A stretch of DNA of 64,000 bases, taken from Phyllosticta citribraziliensis (Eukaryota). The translations under genes and the position numbers were made by a program. Below are positions 12,516-25,652 of this stretch, piece after piece. Below the pieces are notes generated by a model. It was not told the origin of the DNA. It ran no database searches and saw only the letters and a list, made by a program, of their open reading frames with translations. Location: assembly GCF_038025025.1 (NCBI RefSeq), contig NW_027117349.1, positions 186,001 through 250,000 on the forward strand, written 5' to 3'. Position 1 is the first letter of the stretch, and each line of letters starts with the position of its first letter.

Positions 12516-14145
12516 ATGAGCGGCCGTAAGTCATCCCCGTCGCGCCTTGCTGCCACCTGCTGGATCGCGTGCATGCCCAATTGACCCTGAACGCCGTCGC
12601 TGACTTGCTGCAGTACGGTTCCTCGACCTCATCAAGCCCTTTGTGCCTCTGCTGCCCGAGTACGTCGTCTACAATGCGCAAAAATGGGGGACCCTGAACT
12701 AATTGAATGCTCCAAGGGTTGCGGCGCCAGAGACGGCAAAGACTCCATTCAACCAACGGCTGATGTGGACTGGTGTCACTCTGTTGATTTTCCTGGTCAT
12801 GTCGCAGATGCCTCTTTACGGCATTGTGTCGTCCGACACCTCTGATCCGCTGTACTGGCTTCGTATGATGCTGGCCTCGAATCGCGGAACTCTGATGGAG
12901 CTGGGTATTACTCCCATCATCTCCTCGGGCATGGTCTTCCAGCTTTTGGCCGGAACTCACCTCATCGACGTCAACCTGGACCTCAAGACCGACCGCGAGC
13001 TTTACCAGACCGCGCAGAAACTCTTGGCCATCATCCTCAGCTTTGGCCAGGCCTGTGTTTACGTCCTTACTGGTCTCTACGGTCAGCCCTCTGACCTCGG
13101 CGCTGGTGTCTGTGTTCTCCTGGTTGTGCAGCTTGTCGTTGCTGGTCTGATTGTCATTTTGCTTGACGAGCTGCTTCAGAAGGGCTATGGATTGGGCAGC
13201 GGCATTTCGCTCTTCATCGCGACCAACATTTGCGAATCCATCATCTGGAAGGCCTTTTCTCCTACGACCATCAACACTGGCCGTGGTCCCGAGTTCGAGG
13301 GTGCTGTCATTGCGCTGTTCCACCTGCTCATCACTTGGCCCAACAAGCAGCTTGCCCTGCGCGAGGCCTTCTACCGCCAGAACCTGCCCAACATTATGAA
13401 CCTGATGGCCACCGTCGTCGTCTTCGCCGCCGTCATCTACCTCCAGGGCTTCCGCGTCGAGATCCCCGTCAAGTCTTCGCGCCAGAGGGGCATGCGCGGT
13501 TCCTACCCCGTCCGCCTCTTCTACACCTCCAACATGCCCATCATGCTCCAGTCGGCTCTGAGCTCCAACATCTTCCTCATCTCTCAGATGCTCTACTCCC
13601 GCTTCAGCGACAACCTGCTCGTCCGTCTTCTCGGAGTCTGGGAGCCCCGCGAAGGCTCCGCCCAGCTGTACGCTGCCTCTGGCATTGCCTACTACATGTC
13701 GCCTCCTTTGAACTTCACCGAGGCACTTCTCGACCCGATCCATACCGTCGTCTACATCAGCTACATGCTCATTGCGTGCGCCGTCTTCTCCAAGACCTGG
13801 ATTGAAGTTTCGGGATCGTCGCCCCGCGACGTGGCCAAGCAGCTCAAGGAGCAAGGTCTCGTCATGGCCGGTCACCGTGAGCAGTCGATGTACAAGGAAC
13901 TCAAGCGTGTCATTCCCACGGCGGCCGCTTTCGGTGGTGCCTGCATTGGTGCTCTCTCGGTTGCTAGCGACCTCCTTGGAGCTCTTGGATCGGGAACTGG
14001 TATTCTTCTGGCCGTGACGTGAGTATACTTCCACTCGAATCACTGTTCCTACCACTAACGATTGCGCAGCATCATTTACAGCTACTTCGAAATCGCCGCG
14101 AAGGAAAGCGACGCCGCCGGCCTCAAGGGCATGATGCTTGGATAG
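12516..14145 (+). CDS. SEC61: Sec61 translocon alpha subunit (exons 12516-12525, 12614-12659, 12717-14018, 14070-14145)
   Basis: [55 protein letters not shown]. Canonical GT-AG introns. Confidence 0.97.
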
Positions 14146-14803
14146 ACAAGTCAAGGAAAGGTTGTTGCGGACGGAGGAGTTTTGACAGAGGAGGTTTTGT
14201 CGGTGTATACTTATTACATGAATGCGATTTTGGGAAAAAGGAATCGAGGCATTGATGGCGCGGGACAGGGTCCAAGGGACTTGGGTCTAAAAAGTTAGGA
14301 CATCAGATACCAAGACGGACGAAGAATTGAGATGATAGTGCATACAACCAATCAGATAAGCAGGAAGCACCACGGGCGTTGTGGGAGTGCAGGCGGTGGA
14401 TGGTGACGAACTAGGGCGCTGCTATTGTTGGCGACAAGGATACGTCAAGCTGCGCATCGCAATGAAGCCAAGGGGCATAAAGAAACCGCGCCGGGTTTCC
14501 CCAGCTCATGCTGCTACGCGCATTCCGCGCCACCAACCTGTTCAGACCTCTCTTAGCCTCCACCTGTCCACCGACATGTCGCAGCTTCACGCATAGCAAC
14601 GCTCCGCACAGGCGGTGAGCTCACGCCAAAACGACACGAAGGATCAAGCGTTTTGAACGCTCCGTAAGGCAAACCGGACGGACCTTGGCGCCTTGGACGA
14701 CTTGTTTTGTCGCGCCTTGACCGCTTGCGCCCATCTCCTACTTGTACTTCTTCCGACCTGACCTGGGCTGCCGTGCTGTCCTTTACCACCTTTCTCTCCA
14801 ACC

Positions 14804-16638
14804 ATGGCGGACCAGCCAAGCGCATCGCCGCCCCAATTCGGCCGCATTCCCAGCCTCAAGAACTTTCTCCCGCTTTCCGATGATCGCGCCTTCTCGACCC
14901 GTGGACAAAACTTGCCTTCGGTGCTGCAGCAGTCCTTTAGCAGTCGAGCTTCTCACAAGCCACCGAGTATTCGCAGCGAAGCTAGATACAGCGATGACCT
15001 GGACGAGTCTGCGAGGCTGCTCCACAGCGAGAGCTGGGGCTTTGGCGAGCCGCCGCCAACACCAGACCGGAGAAGCTCTCTGAGCGGCGCCCAAGTGCTC
15101 TTGACGCCCCAGATGAGGAGTCAGCGTTTGATTGGAAACAGCAATCCTCGGTATCGGTGGGAGCAGTACTGGAAGAGCGAGGATGAGTTGAAGAAAATGA
15201 AGAAACCCATGTACGTTCAAGCGGGGCCCAGCCCGGCCCGATGACGCAACAGGACCATTGATTGCTGATGCTCTGTCTTCCTAGTCGCCAGTACTACGAG
15301 CGCAACAATTATTTGATACAACAATATGCCTTTATCGACCGACTTTTGGATTCGTCGCTCCCTCACAATCTCATCCAAGAATACCATGCTCCGGAGACGC
15401 ACGTGGATATTCCCGAAACCATATCAGAAGAAGCTCTGACGGCGCCGGCCTCTCCACAATTGAATGGCAGAAGCCCGCTTACTGGGAGCTTGTATGTATC
15501 TACGGGTTCGGAAAATAGCAGCAACAGAAAGGTGAAGCGAACGCCGAAAAACTTGTACAAGGTACCCGACGAGGAGACCCCGCTGTTACTGTCGCCCAGC
15601 GGAAGCGGAGATCGCTATGATGTTGAAAACCCCGAACCGGAAGTCAAGATGCCACTCTACGTGCCTGAGGAGGAGACCGACAGCCAGCATTCGATTGTGA
15701 AGATTGCCATTTATGTCAATCTTCTTGCAAACACGGTCCTCCTAATCATGAAAATCGTCGTCACCGTCATGACTTCCTCAGTCTCGGTACTGGCCAGTTT
15801 GGTAGACGCGGCTCTGGATTTTCTCAGTACCGCTATTGTGTGGGTGACGACATTCTTGATCTCGCGTCCAGACTTATATTCCTACCCTATCGGAAGAAGA
15901 AAGCTGGAGCCCATTGGAGTTTTAGTGTTCTCGGTGATCATGGTCACCTCCTTTGTACAGGTCATGCTGGAAGGTTTTCAAAAACTCTCTTCCCCCGACC
16001 ACACAATTGTCGAGTTGACCATTGCGGCCTTGGCCATCATGGCATCGACTGTTCTCATCAAGGGTGCATGCTGGGTCTGGTGCCGCTTGATTAAGAACTC
16101 TAGCGTGCAGGCTCTTGCTCAAGATGCCATGACAGACGTTGTTTTCAACTTTTTCTCCATCATTTTCCCGCTAGGTATGTTTGCTTTACTGATCTAATCT
16201 GATCCGCACATACATATGCAGGTTCGCTAACAGATGCTAGTTGGTTTCTACGCTAAAGTTTGGTGGATGGATCCTCTCGGAGGTGTCCTCCTGTCACTTT
16301 ACGTCATCTTCAACTGGTCCAAAACAACCACCACGCACATCCGAAACCTTACTGGCGCGGCCGCCTCAGCCGATGAGCGCAACATTCTCCTCTACCTCAC
16401 CATGCGTTTCGCAAAGACCATCCGGAACATTCAGGGGCTGCAGGCCTACCACTCGGGCGACAAGCTCATCGTCGAAGTCGACATTGTGCTGGACGAACAC
16501 ATGAGCCTCAGGGATGCACACGATCTAGGCGAGAGTCTCCAGTACGTGCTCGAGAGCGTGCCGAGCGTTGACCGCGCGTTTGTCCATTTGGACTACGCCA
16601 CCTGGAACCTGCCGACCCACATGCAGCAGCATGATTGA
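14804..16638 (+). CDS. Cation diffusion facilitator, Mn-CDF (MTP-like) type, 3 exons
   Basis: ASLVDAALD, YPIGRRKLEPIG, ALAQDAMTD, HDLGESLQYVLES, VDRAFVHLD. Introns at about 15211-15284 and 16175-16240. Confidence 0.92.
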
Positions 16639-18572
16639 GCGCGGAGCAGCACTGTGTACATATCAGTCGATTTTTGCAGCGCTGGTTAGGCGAAATTGCT
16701 CTTGCTCTCCTGCTTGTCCGTTCGCAACTTAGTAAGCAATACTCTTCTAAGACTTGGATGTACCGAGTCAATACATGCAAAGATTTTGTTGGGCACCGGC
16801 TCTTCATGTCCAAACATTCCGAATCTATTCCAATTGGCTACTCGTCGCCTACCGTAATTGTCGCAATGCCGCCTTGCGAGGAGCAGCCCAATACATCTAC
16901 CCCGAGACTTGCCGATTTCCCTTCAGCGCGCCTTCTTACAATCATCTACTTTACAAAATGGACCATTGCGGCATTCATGCTTCACTACCGGTCAATCAGG
17001 ACAACGACTTGCGCTTGCTCTATCTCAATCACTAGTGTTTGGCTCTCGCTGGTACGGACGGCCATAGCTAATCTTAATGATTAAACGGTCAGGATTCGAG
17101 ATGTGCCCTCTGACACCCAGAAGGCGAGAGCACAAGAGCCTGAGGGAACATGATACAGAGACCTGCAGACACGGCATGGTCTTGATAGAGGCGGTGGAAA
17201 AGCTTTGCTCCACAAAGGCAGCTAGCACCCAAAGTCCAAGGGCCCAATAAGGGTCTAAACCAGCGCTATATTAGGACTTCAATGGTCACCGCATCTTCGA
17301 ACGACCGCTCAGCAGGCGTTCGAGGCAGACACATGTATGCAGCAGCGGATTCGCGCTGACTGAAAACGATCCTTTGACGCAATTTGATATATGCATGCTG
17401 ACCGCCCAAATTCCTGGTGAAGGATTGCCACTGCCGCGATCAAAAGATATTTCTAGCCGCTCGCAAATAGAAACCCAAAAAGGTCCTTCACCGTCATTCT
17501 CACGACTATCAAAACAGCCCTCAATATTTCCATCGCAGTTTGCCGCGGAGATCACCAACTCACGGGATGCGTCGACAAGATCTGAGATACCCCAGCTTTC
17601 TGGGTGTATGAAGGGGGCGCTATCTCCCATGAGTAATGCCAGGGGGTGTTTTGCAGTTCAAGTCTCACGGATTCAGGCCCACAGTGAATCTTACTGGCTG
17701 CTTGGCCGAGGAGCGCCGCTACTGAACATCTTTCCACTTCACGATACTTGCGACTGTTCGAGGAACATGGGAATTCTCCTTCGATTCGGATGTTGCCTGA
17801 CCATTTCCGTCTCTGCGTGTTGAGACTCGAGTCGTGAAATACATCCACAAAGAGGAGACTATTTTGGTTGCATGTCCGCGATGGGGGCCTGGCCCGGGGC
17901 CATCATGCAGTCAAACCATTTTACCGCCCCCAACCTCACGACCCCGTACCTCGTACTACGGGAACCGAGAGGGTCTTGAAAGTTGAACGAGTGAGTGGAT
18001 GCGCGCTCAGCACTTTTCAAAGCAACATCTCATGGGCTTCCAATTGAACGTTTGAACTTGATTCTGGTTCAGAAAGGTCGGAAAAAGGGGGAAAAGGATT
18101 TTGCGTCTGATGAAACTGACAAATCCATGCTGACGGGAATACAGACCTTGCATGGCTCGTCTGGACTTGCAGTCCAAAATAATCATCCTGCCCCCAATCA
18201 GTCGACGCGAGCACAACGCACCAATCGGTCATCTATCCACCGCAGTACCACCACATTTCCCCGACTCAGCTTCCACTTTGCCGGCTTGCCCCAGTCCAAT
18301 GACAGCGCGCGCTGTCCGGAGTCGGACACTATTTGGGGCCCTGAGCATATAGCGCATGGAGGCCGCACAGAACACGGACAGGCACAGCGGGTGCTGGTTC
18401 GCAGATCCACGCCCATTTTCCTCCAGCTCGCGACCACAGTCTCGACCAACCACCATGTCGACGGCGCCGCATACCCGTGCGCTGGGAGACAATTAAGCTG
18501 CGCTCCGTGCTGCCCTGCCCCATAGAGCGCATGGTCTAAATGAACCGTTCTCACCACCTCATCCTTCAATTC

Positions 18573-18580
18573 TATATAAA
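18573..18580 (+). promoter_or_regulatory. TATA box upstream of the membrane protein gene
   Basis: TATATAAA about 150 nt before the ATG at 18722. Confidence 0.55.
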
Positions 18581-18721
18581 AGAGCTGAAGAACTGAGCGC
18601 TGCGTGCGTCGCCCACTGACGAATTACGACCTTGATACCGCACAATTCCACGTCTCCAACGCCTGAGACATCACATACCCACCGCACCACCGCCGTCGCG
18701 ACCAGGAACCCAATCGCAAAC

Positions 18722-20093
18722 ATGTCCACGGCCAGCAGCACGACGCTGGCAACGTCCACAATAACGGCTGCCGCCTCCTCAACGTCGGCCGCAGACACCA
18801 CCGCCACCATTGCCTTGACGACGACCTTTACGCCGCCTTCGCCATGCACGTCGCACCACCTGACCATGGTATCAGACTTTCGCATCTGGCTCAACGAGCC
18901 GCTGCCCGTGCCGGGCTCGACATTCAGCAGCTGCTACCCGTCGGCGTGGATAGCGGATTACAGCTCGGTCGAGGGGTCGTCGAGTTCGATTGCGCCCCTC
19001 GTAACTCCGATGGTGTGTCCGAGTGGGTGGGACACGGCGTCGTCGGTTTCGCAGGGTAGCTTGTCGGGGTACTTTGCTTGCTGTCCGAGGTGTGTATGCG
19101 CTTTTCCGTTTTCTCCGGTTTTCTGTTGCTTTGCAGATGCTACGGGTTGTTATGGTGTCTTGTCTCAAGTGGCACATGGACAGTTTCTGCTGGGCTCGAG
19201 CAGCATATCACATTTCCTCCAAAGAAGTGCCATTCCGAACTCAATCACCTACGTCTAATACTTCTTCCTCCCATACTGCCTCCATCCCTTCCCCATCCTA
19301 CCGCCATTGCCACACCCCATCTCAATCCCCTGTCTCTTCCCGACTCACTCAGACACATGCTAACCAAACCCCCCACAGCGGCTTCAACCTGACCCTCCCC
19401 GCCTCCACGGCCATCTCCACGCGCCCCTTTTACGGCGGAACATGCTACTCGGATTTCACCGTAGGCGACACAATCACCGTAGCGAAATACGACTCGACGT
19501 CGCTGTCCGCCACCATCCCCTTCACGCCCAAATCCACCGACCAGGCCTTCGGCCACCCCATCGACGGCTACGTCCGCGGCGCCGTCATCGCCACGGCCAC
19601 GGGCTCGTCGGGCGGCTCGTCCGGCACGGGAGCCTCCGCGCAGTCGTCCTCTGGCGCCCCTGCGGGAGCAGTGTCATCATTGTCACCATCAGGAGCCTCG
19701 GGCTCAGGCCTGTCGGGCGGCGCCATCGCAGGTGTCGTCATTGGCGTCGTCGTCGGCGTCGGGCTGCTCTCACTGGCCGCATTTGCACTGCTCCGACGAC
19801 GCCGGAAGGCTTCGTCGTCTGCAGCAGCTGCTGCAGCGGCCGCCGCCGCCGACGCGAGCGAAAAGGACGCCACTTCGCCTGGTGGTGCCAGCCATATGGC
19901 GACGAGCAACGAGATCCATGGAAACGAGGTCTCCGAGATGGGCGGCGAGGGCAGGCAGGTGCATGAGGTTGGCGTTGACTCGAAGGGCGCCGATGGCGGC
20001 TGGTATGGTGGTCCGCGGGCGGAGATGGAGGGGAGGGGCGTGCATGACGTGGCGGAGCTGGAGGGGGAGAGTCCGGGGGGTGGGAGGAGGTAG
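18722..20093 (+). CDS. Single-pass membrane protein with Ser/Thr-rich, Cys-patterned ectodomain (Mid2/SKG6-like TM), exons 18722-19089 and 19379-20093
   Basis: LTTTFTPPSPC, CYPS, CPSGW, CCPSGF formed after splicing, TM LSGGAIAGVVIGVVVG followed by RRRRK, cytosolic ELEG-type motifs. Confidence 0.8.
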
Positions 20094-20762
20094 TCAGTTC
20101 CGGCGGAAGAAGAAGATGCTAGTGGCAGGCACGCAGAAGAGGCAATATATCCAGGGGCGTTTTTCTCTTCTTTCTCAAGCAAATGACCAGGGGACTTGTG
20201 GTTTACAAATTCATGTACGAATCTTTTCGATCGAAGTTTGGAGGAGAATATCATTCATCCAAAGTCAAGCGTCGTTTCGTGAGTGGTGGACACGCGCCAA
20301 ACGTCCACTTTGCCAACACCATTCATGCAACTGAGTAATTCTTTAAGAAAGCGGAACCGGAAATGGAAACAGGAGGAAAACGGTTCAGCAACCCAAGCCA
20401 AGGGAAATCGGGAAATCAGGGAATGACCCAGTGACTCGAAAGGGGAAGCCGGCACGGGAAGAAACTGGTCGAATGAAGCTGTAGACAGCTCGAGGCAGCT
20501 TGTGCAAGTGCTCTTTTTTGATCGATTTGAGAAAAGTCAAGATGAGATTGAGACAGAAGGCGGGTCAGGGGGGGACCGAAGACGTGCATGGAAAAGATTC
20601 TTGGAACCTGAACTCCGATCAAGATGCGACAACGTGAACGCAGTGAGGAAAATGAATCCAAAGACAAGACAGACAGCTATGAGGAAATATAGGGAAGTAG
20701 ATTGGAGCGCTCATCTCACACATTACCTCGTACCCCACATCATTTCCCTTGAACCAGTCCAC

Positions 20763-22066
20763 TCACCTCCTACGCCCCTTCGACTGTCCCCTCGGCCGCC
20801 CCCTGGGCCTTCTTGCCCACACAAACACAACTTCAGTCTTGACGTTGCCATGGCGGCCTTCGAGCAGCTCTGCGCGTGCGACCGCCACCATCTCCCTCAC
20901 GCGTTCGACGCTCCACCCTGCCACGCGCGTCAGCAGCCGCAGGCACAGCGCCTCGATCCCCTCGGCGCACGCCACCAGCCACATCTTGCCCATGAGGGCG
21001 CGCTTCTCGTCGTTGGGCCACGGCCCCATGGGCAGGTCGACGATGCGCGTGTGAATATCGACGAAGCCGGAAGCTGCCAGGAGCGTCGGGCTGCGGATGT
21101 GCGAGAGCGACAAGGGGCGGCCTGCGCGCGAAGCGGCTTCGATGGTGGCCGTGACGAGCGTTTGGAGGGCAGATGGCGTACTTGCTTTTGCTGTTGCTTG
21201 CGGTGGTGGTTTTGCCGTCGCAGTGCCACTGCGAGGCTTTTTTGACGTAGTGGTGGTCGAGGAAGAGGCGGACGAGGCATCAGGGTCAGGAGAAGAGGGC
21301 GGGAATTGCATCAGCAGGTCGACGACTTCGAGCACGCCGCCGGGGACGAGATTGAAATATGCTTCGCGGAATACAGCGCTCCAGTCGCGAAAGGCTCCCT
21401 TCATGTTGCGAATGTGGATAAAGTCAAAGGGCTCACTAAAGTCCCAACTGGCGATGCCGCTGCCAGAGCTCGGGCTGTCACTCTCGTCGTCATCGTCATC
21501 GTCGTCACCACTGTCGTCGTGCTCCAGGGCCTCGGAGAGCATCGAGTTGGCTCTGTCCGAGACGGTGCGGTTGGTGCTGCCGCTGGCATAGCCCGGATCT
21601 ATGGCTAGGGTTTCGAGGTCGCTGGTCAGGTCTGATGGGTGCTGGCGGCCTCTTCGCGTCGACACTTGAGGATTGGGAGAAAGGGGTCTCTGCGGCGTAA
21701 TGATGCATGGCTCGAGGTCATCGATCTCCCAGGTGATGTTTTCCTTGTCGTCTCCAGCGGGCTGGGACGGCAGGTCCCATACTGCCAAGTCGACGGCGAC
21801 AATCTCGGCGTCAGGGTAGTGGTCGGCCATTTGGATAGCCCATTCGCCAGGGCCGGTACCGACGTCCAGGATCCTTTGGACGGCTGGCGAAAGGGGTGCA
21901 GTGGTCAAGGCCCCGTCGAGGGCGACCAGGAAGATTTGGTTCAGGATGTCGATGCGTGTCTGCTCGAGCGAGTCGCAAGGCATGTAGTAGACGGGATTGG
22001 GATAGGTGCGGCCATTTTCGACGACGTGGGTGAGGTCGGCCGAGTGCAGGGAACGGGTCGAGTGGC
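20763..22066 (-). CDS. Class I SAM-dependent methyltransferase, LaeA-like. 5' exon(s) upstream of ~22066 unresolved.
   Basis: VENGRTY, YYMPCDSLEQTR, ILDVGTGPGEWAIQMA, AVDL, FDFIHIRNM, LVPGG, LPMGPWP. CTGAC branch point and CAG acceptor at about 22066-22095. Confidence 0.82.
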
Positions 22067-22435
22067 TGTCGAGGTCGAGGAAAGGGCGAGTCAGTATGTG
22101 TCTGGGTGAATGGGAAGCGTATCCGGCGGGCTGGGATTATTCCCGCCGCTTTGGGGCGGCGTCGAGGATCTGAGGGGCCCAGTACCAAAACACTGGGTCT
22201 GGGGGAGGACCATCAAGGGAGCCCAGGCAGAGGCGGACCGGATGCGATGCCGTTGGGTTGGCTTTAGGTTGGCTTTGCAACGCCCATAACGTGGCATTCC
22301 CTTCTCGATGCACATGGTCGCAACTGGGAGCGTTGCACAGGGTCTGCTCTGCGCGCATACACTGGCGGGCCTGACCCAGGAATGGAAGAAAACAGTCGGC
22401 GACTTACAGAGAACTCGAGCTGCCCGACGACTCTC

Positions 22436-22546
22436 GACTGCGACTGCGACTGCGACTGCGCGCGCAACCGATGGCTGCTGCTGGCCTGGACGGTTGACCG
22501 CGCTCCATCCCAGACAGACAGACAGACAGACAAACAAACAAAAAAA
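22436..22546. repeat. Microsatellites (GACTGC)4, (CAGA)n and (CAAA)n
   Basis: Directly visible tandem units. Confidence 0.8.
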
Positions 22547-23413
22547 CACGGCCCCCGCCTAGCAGCACAGGTGGCGGCCCCGTGGACTTGAGCGTGGCAT
22601 ATATTTCCAAGCGGCGGCTCGCACCAGTCAGGGAAGCGGTTCCGAGAAATTACAAGTGGCCCAGCAGCTGAGTTGGCTCATGATTAGAGGAGACGTCGGT
22701 GCAGGACATGACAAGTAGCTCACTTGTTAGCCGTTGATCGCCGCGGGCGTGATGGAGAAGAGACGATACAAGCGGCAAAGCGCGATGGGTCCGGGGCGGG
22801 AATACAAGGAGTTGGAGTGGAGCAAGGCGACGACTTTTGGCGAGGAGAGCGGCGAGGGCGGAAGGGCAACCTAAGATGAGCCAAAAGGCAGAGCCAAAGC
22901 AAAAAGCGCTCCCTGAGTTGAATTATCGACAGTCGATCCGCAAGCCCCCGCAGAAGCGTCACCAGATGTCCACGGCCACCGATGGACCAGACAAGCTCAG
23001 CAGAAAAAGGGCGAGGGCGAGGGCGAGGGCGAGTGACAGCAGACGCGGTGCGAGCGTGGATGCTCTGGCAGGGGTAGGCGACACTGCAGACAGTACATCC
23101 ATAGGTAATGTATGTATACATACATGTACATACAGCCAGCCAGCCCTCAGCTCGCTCGCTCCAGTTGATCCGATCCATGCGACGTGGACCAGACCAACGG
23201 CCCGAGAGCGCGACACCACGACCCGAGCCACTCAGCTTCCCCTGTGGGATCCGCCATGAGGGGCCCTGGGTCACGCCCGACGCCATCCGCCGACACCACG
23301 GACGACCAGTCGTATCCGCCTTAGGGACGTTCCATCTCTGTCTGCATTCCTTGCCCTGCTCCTCGGACTAGCTACCTATCTCGACCCCCTTGACCGCTCC
23401 CGCTTCCCTCCCC

Positions 23414-25652
23414 TTACGACTCGAGCTGCTGGCCCTCGAACTTGGGCAGCCGCTTCTCCACGTCCGCCCACGTCTCGTCGCCGTCGCACAGCTTCTTGAC
23501 AGCTGCGAAGATTTCCTCCTCGCTGGCACGCACCTGCCGTGTCGAGTCGCGGTCGCGCAGCGTAAACGTCTGGTTCTGCACAGACTCAAAGTCGACCGTG
23601 ATACCCAGCGGTGTGCCCAGCTCGTCGTTGCGCGAGTACCGCTTGCCAATGCTGGCCGAGGAGTCGTCCACACGGCTCGAGATGCCCAGCTTGCGCAGCT
23701 TCAGGCTCAGCCGCGACACGAGTGGCCCAAAGTCGGCGTGCGACGACAGCGGCACAAGCAGCACCTTGGTAGGTGCCACAACCGGCGGGAATGACAGCAC
23801 CTAGACCCTTTTGTTAGCTCCCTTCGCCCGTGCGCATGAGCAAACAACTTACGCCGCGTGCGCCCTCCTCGTCACCCGGCCTGACCCAGTAGTTCTGCTC
23901 CATCAGGCTGTACAGGATTCTGCCGATGCCGAACGAGGGTTCAATGACGTTGGGCGTGTACTCCCTTGTGTTCTCCACCCTCGTGCGCTTCTCAATGTTG
24001 ATCAGCTCCTTGCCGAGCTCGACCTTGCCCTCGCCAACGCCGCCAACGTCGACCGTGATCTTGCCCTCGTTGTTTAGGTCCAGCGAAAGCTTTTCACGCA
24101 CGTCCTGCGTCAACGCTTCGATGGCAGCCTCGACTGTCTTGGCGTCCTTCTTAAACTTGGGGCCAAACTTCTTCTTGTCAATGTCAACCTGCCACTCCTC
24201 AACCTTCAGGGGCTCGGCACGACGTTCCCTGACCAGCAGAGGGGCACCCGTCTTGTTCATGTGCACAGTGAGATCTTCAAATGTCAGTTCACGCGCTCCA
24301 AAACTCTACAGGTCAGACGTACCGTATGCGCTGCGGTCAGCACAGCCAACACATTCGATCCAGCCGTAGCTGGTGAGAAGCTCGGCATCCCAGCAGTCAG
24401 CGGCGTAGTGGGCCATCTCGTTGGCCATGTGCTGCCTGAAGCGAATCTTGGTCGCGTCTACGCCAATCTTGAGCAAGAAGAGCTGGATTCTTGCGAGGAA
24501 GTAGCCGAGCGTCTCGTTGTCGACTATGCCCTTCTCCACGGCGTCGCCAATGGCCGTCGACTCGACCGTGGTCTTGCCGGAAAGCTGAACTTCGCGGTTG
24601 AGGAGCTCCAGCTTGACATGCTTGACATCATCAAACCGTGGGTGCTTCTTGCCACCAGCAGGATCCACAAAGTGCTCAATCTCAGCCATCAAGAATTCAC
24701 GGACACGCAAGAGGCCGCTCCTGGGGGAGATTTCGTTGCGGAAAGACTTGCCGATAGACGCCGATGCAAAGGGCATCTGGCCCTGGTTGAACTCAAGGAG
24801 CTTCTGGAAGGTCAGGAACTGGCCCTGCGCAGTCTCTGGGCGCAGGTAGCCGGGCAAGTTGCTGCTGGGTCCGATGGACGTCTGGAACATCAGGTTGAAG
24901 GCGACGGGAGGCAGGAGATCGCCGCCAGTAGCAGGATTCTTGATGTCGTACTTGACCATGAGTTGGCCAAGCTCGGGGCCGTCGTAGTTGTCAATCTTGG
25001 CGAGAGTCTCTTCATATTCCTGAACAACGGCGTCTTCCAACTTGATGGCCTTGATCTCCTTGACCTTCTTCTTTTTCTTCTTGGGGTCCTCCTTCTCCTC
25101 GGTCACCTTTTGGCCGCGTGCCTCCTTGTCACCCTTCAGCCGAGACTCCAACACTTCCTCGACCAAGTGGTCCGCCCGGAAAATCTCGCCAGTCTTGGGG
25201 TCCTTGCACATCCAGTCTGCGAACTTGTCGACGTGACCACTTGTCTTGAGGACTTCTTCTGGGGTGAGCATGGTGCAGTCGACCTCCAGCATGTCCTCCT
25301 CCAGAACAAAGTGTTTCCTCCACAGGTCAATGACATTGGCCTGCAGCGAGCAACCAGGCGGGCCGTAGTCGTAGAGACCGGAAACACCGCCGTAGATTTC
25401 GAACGAAGGAGTGTAAAAGAGACGACGGCGCATGACGGACTCGAATTGAGCCCTGTCAAAGGCCTCGCCAGACTTGGTGGTGGTGGCCATTTGCGGTTCC
25501 TTGTCTTTCGTGCGCTTTTGGGTTGCGACTTTGAACGCGGCGGGCGTCGAAGAAAAGGTTCGGTGCTGAATGAAGGAGCGATTTGGGCGGAAGGGAGCTG
25601 AGCGGGCCGGAAGGGAGCAATTGATGCGCAAGGACTGTAGTACCTGGCGCAT
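23414..25652 (-). CDS. GRS1: Glycyl-tRNA synthetase (eukaryotic alpha2 type) with mitochondrial presequence. Second in-frame ATG at 25490.
   Basis: [72 protein letters not shown]. Two introns at about 24276-24322 and 23802-23852. Confidence 0.96.

Noticed and set aside
12511..14154. 547-aa ORF antisense to SEC61
   Set aside because: Shadow ORF expected from strong C-ending codon bias in a highly expressed gene. No recognisable protein features.
17059..17120. A-box and B-box-like words (TAGCTAATC, GGATTCGAG)
   Set aside because: No cloverleaf stems can be formed.
16640..18570. Several 60-176 aa ORFs in the long intergenic region
   Set aside because: No coding bias, domains or consistent splice structure. 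Likely UTR and promoter DNA.
24261..25601. 446-aa ORF antisense to GRS1, and similar antisense ORFs over the USP, amine oxidase, SEC8 and INO80 genes
   Set aside because: Same codon-bias shadow effect. The sense strand carries the conserved motifs.
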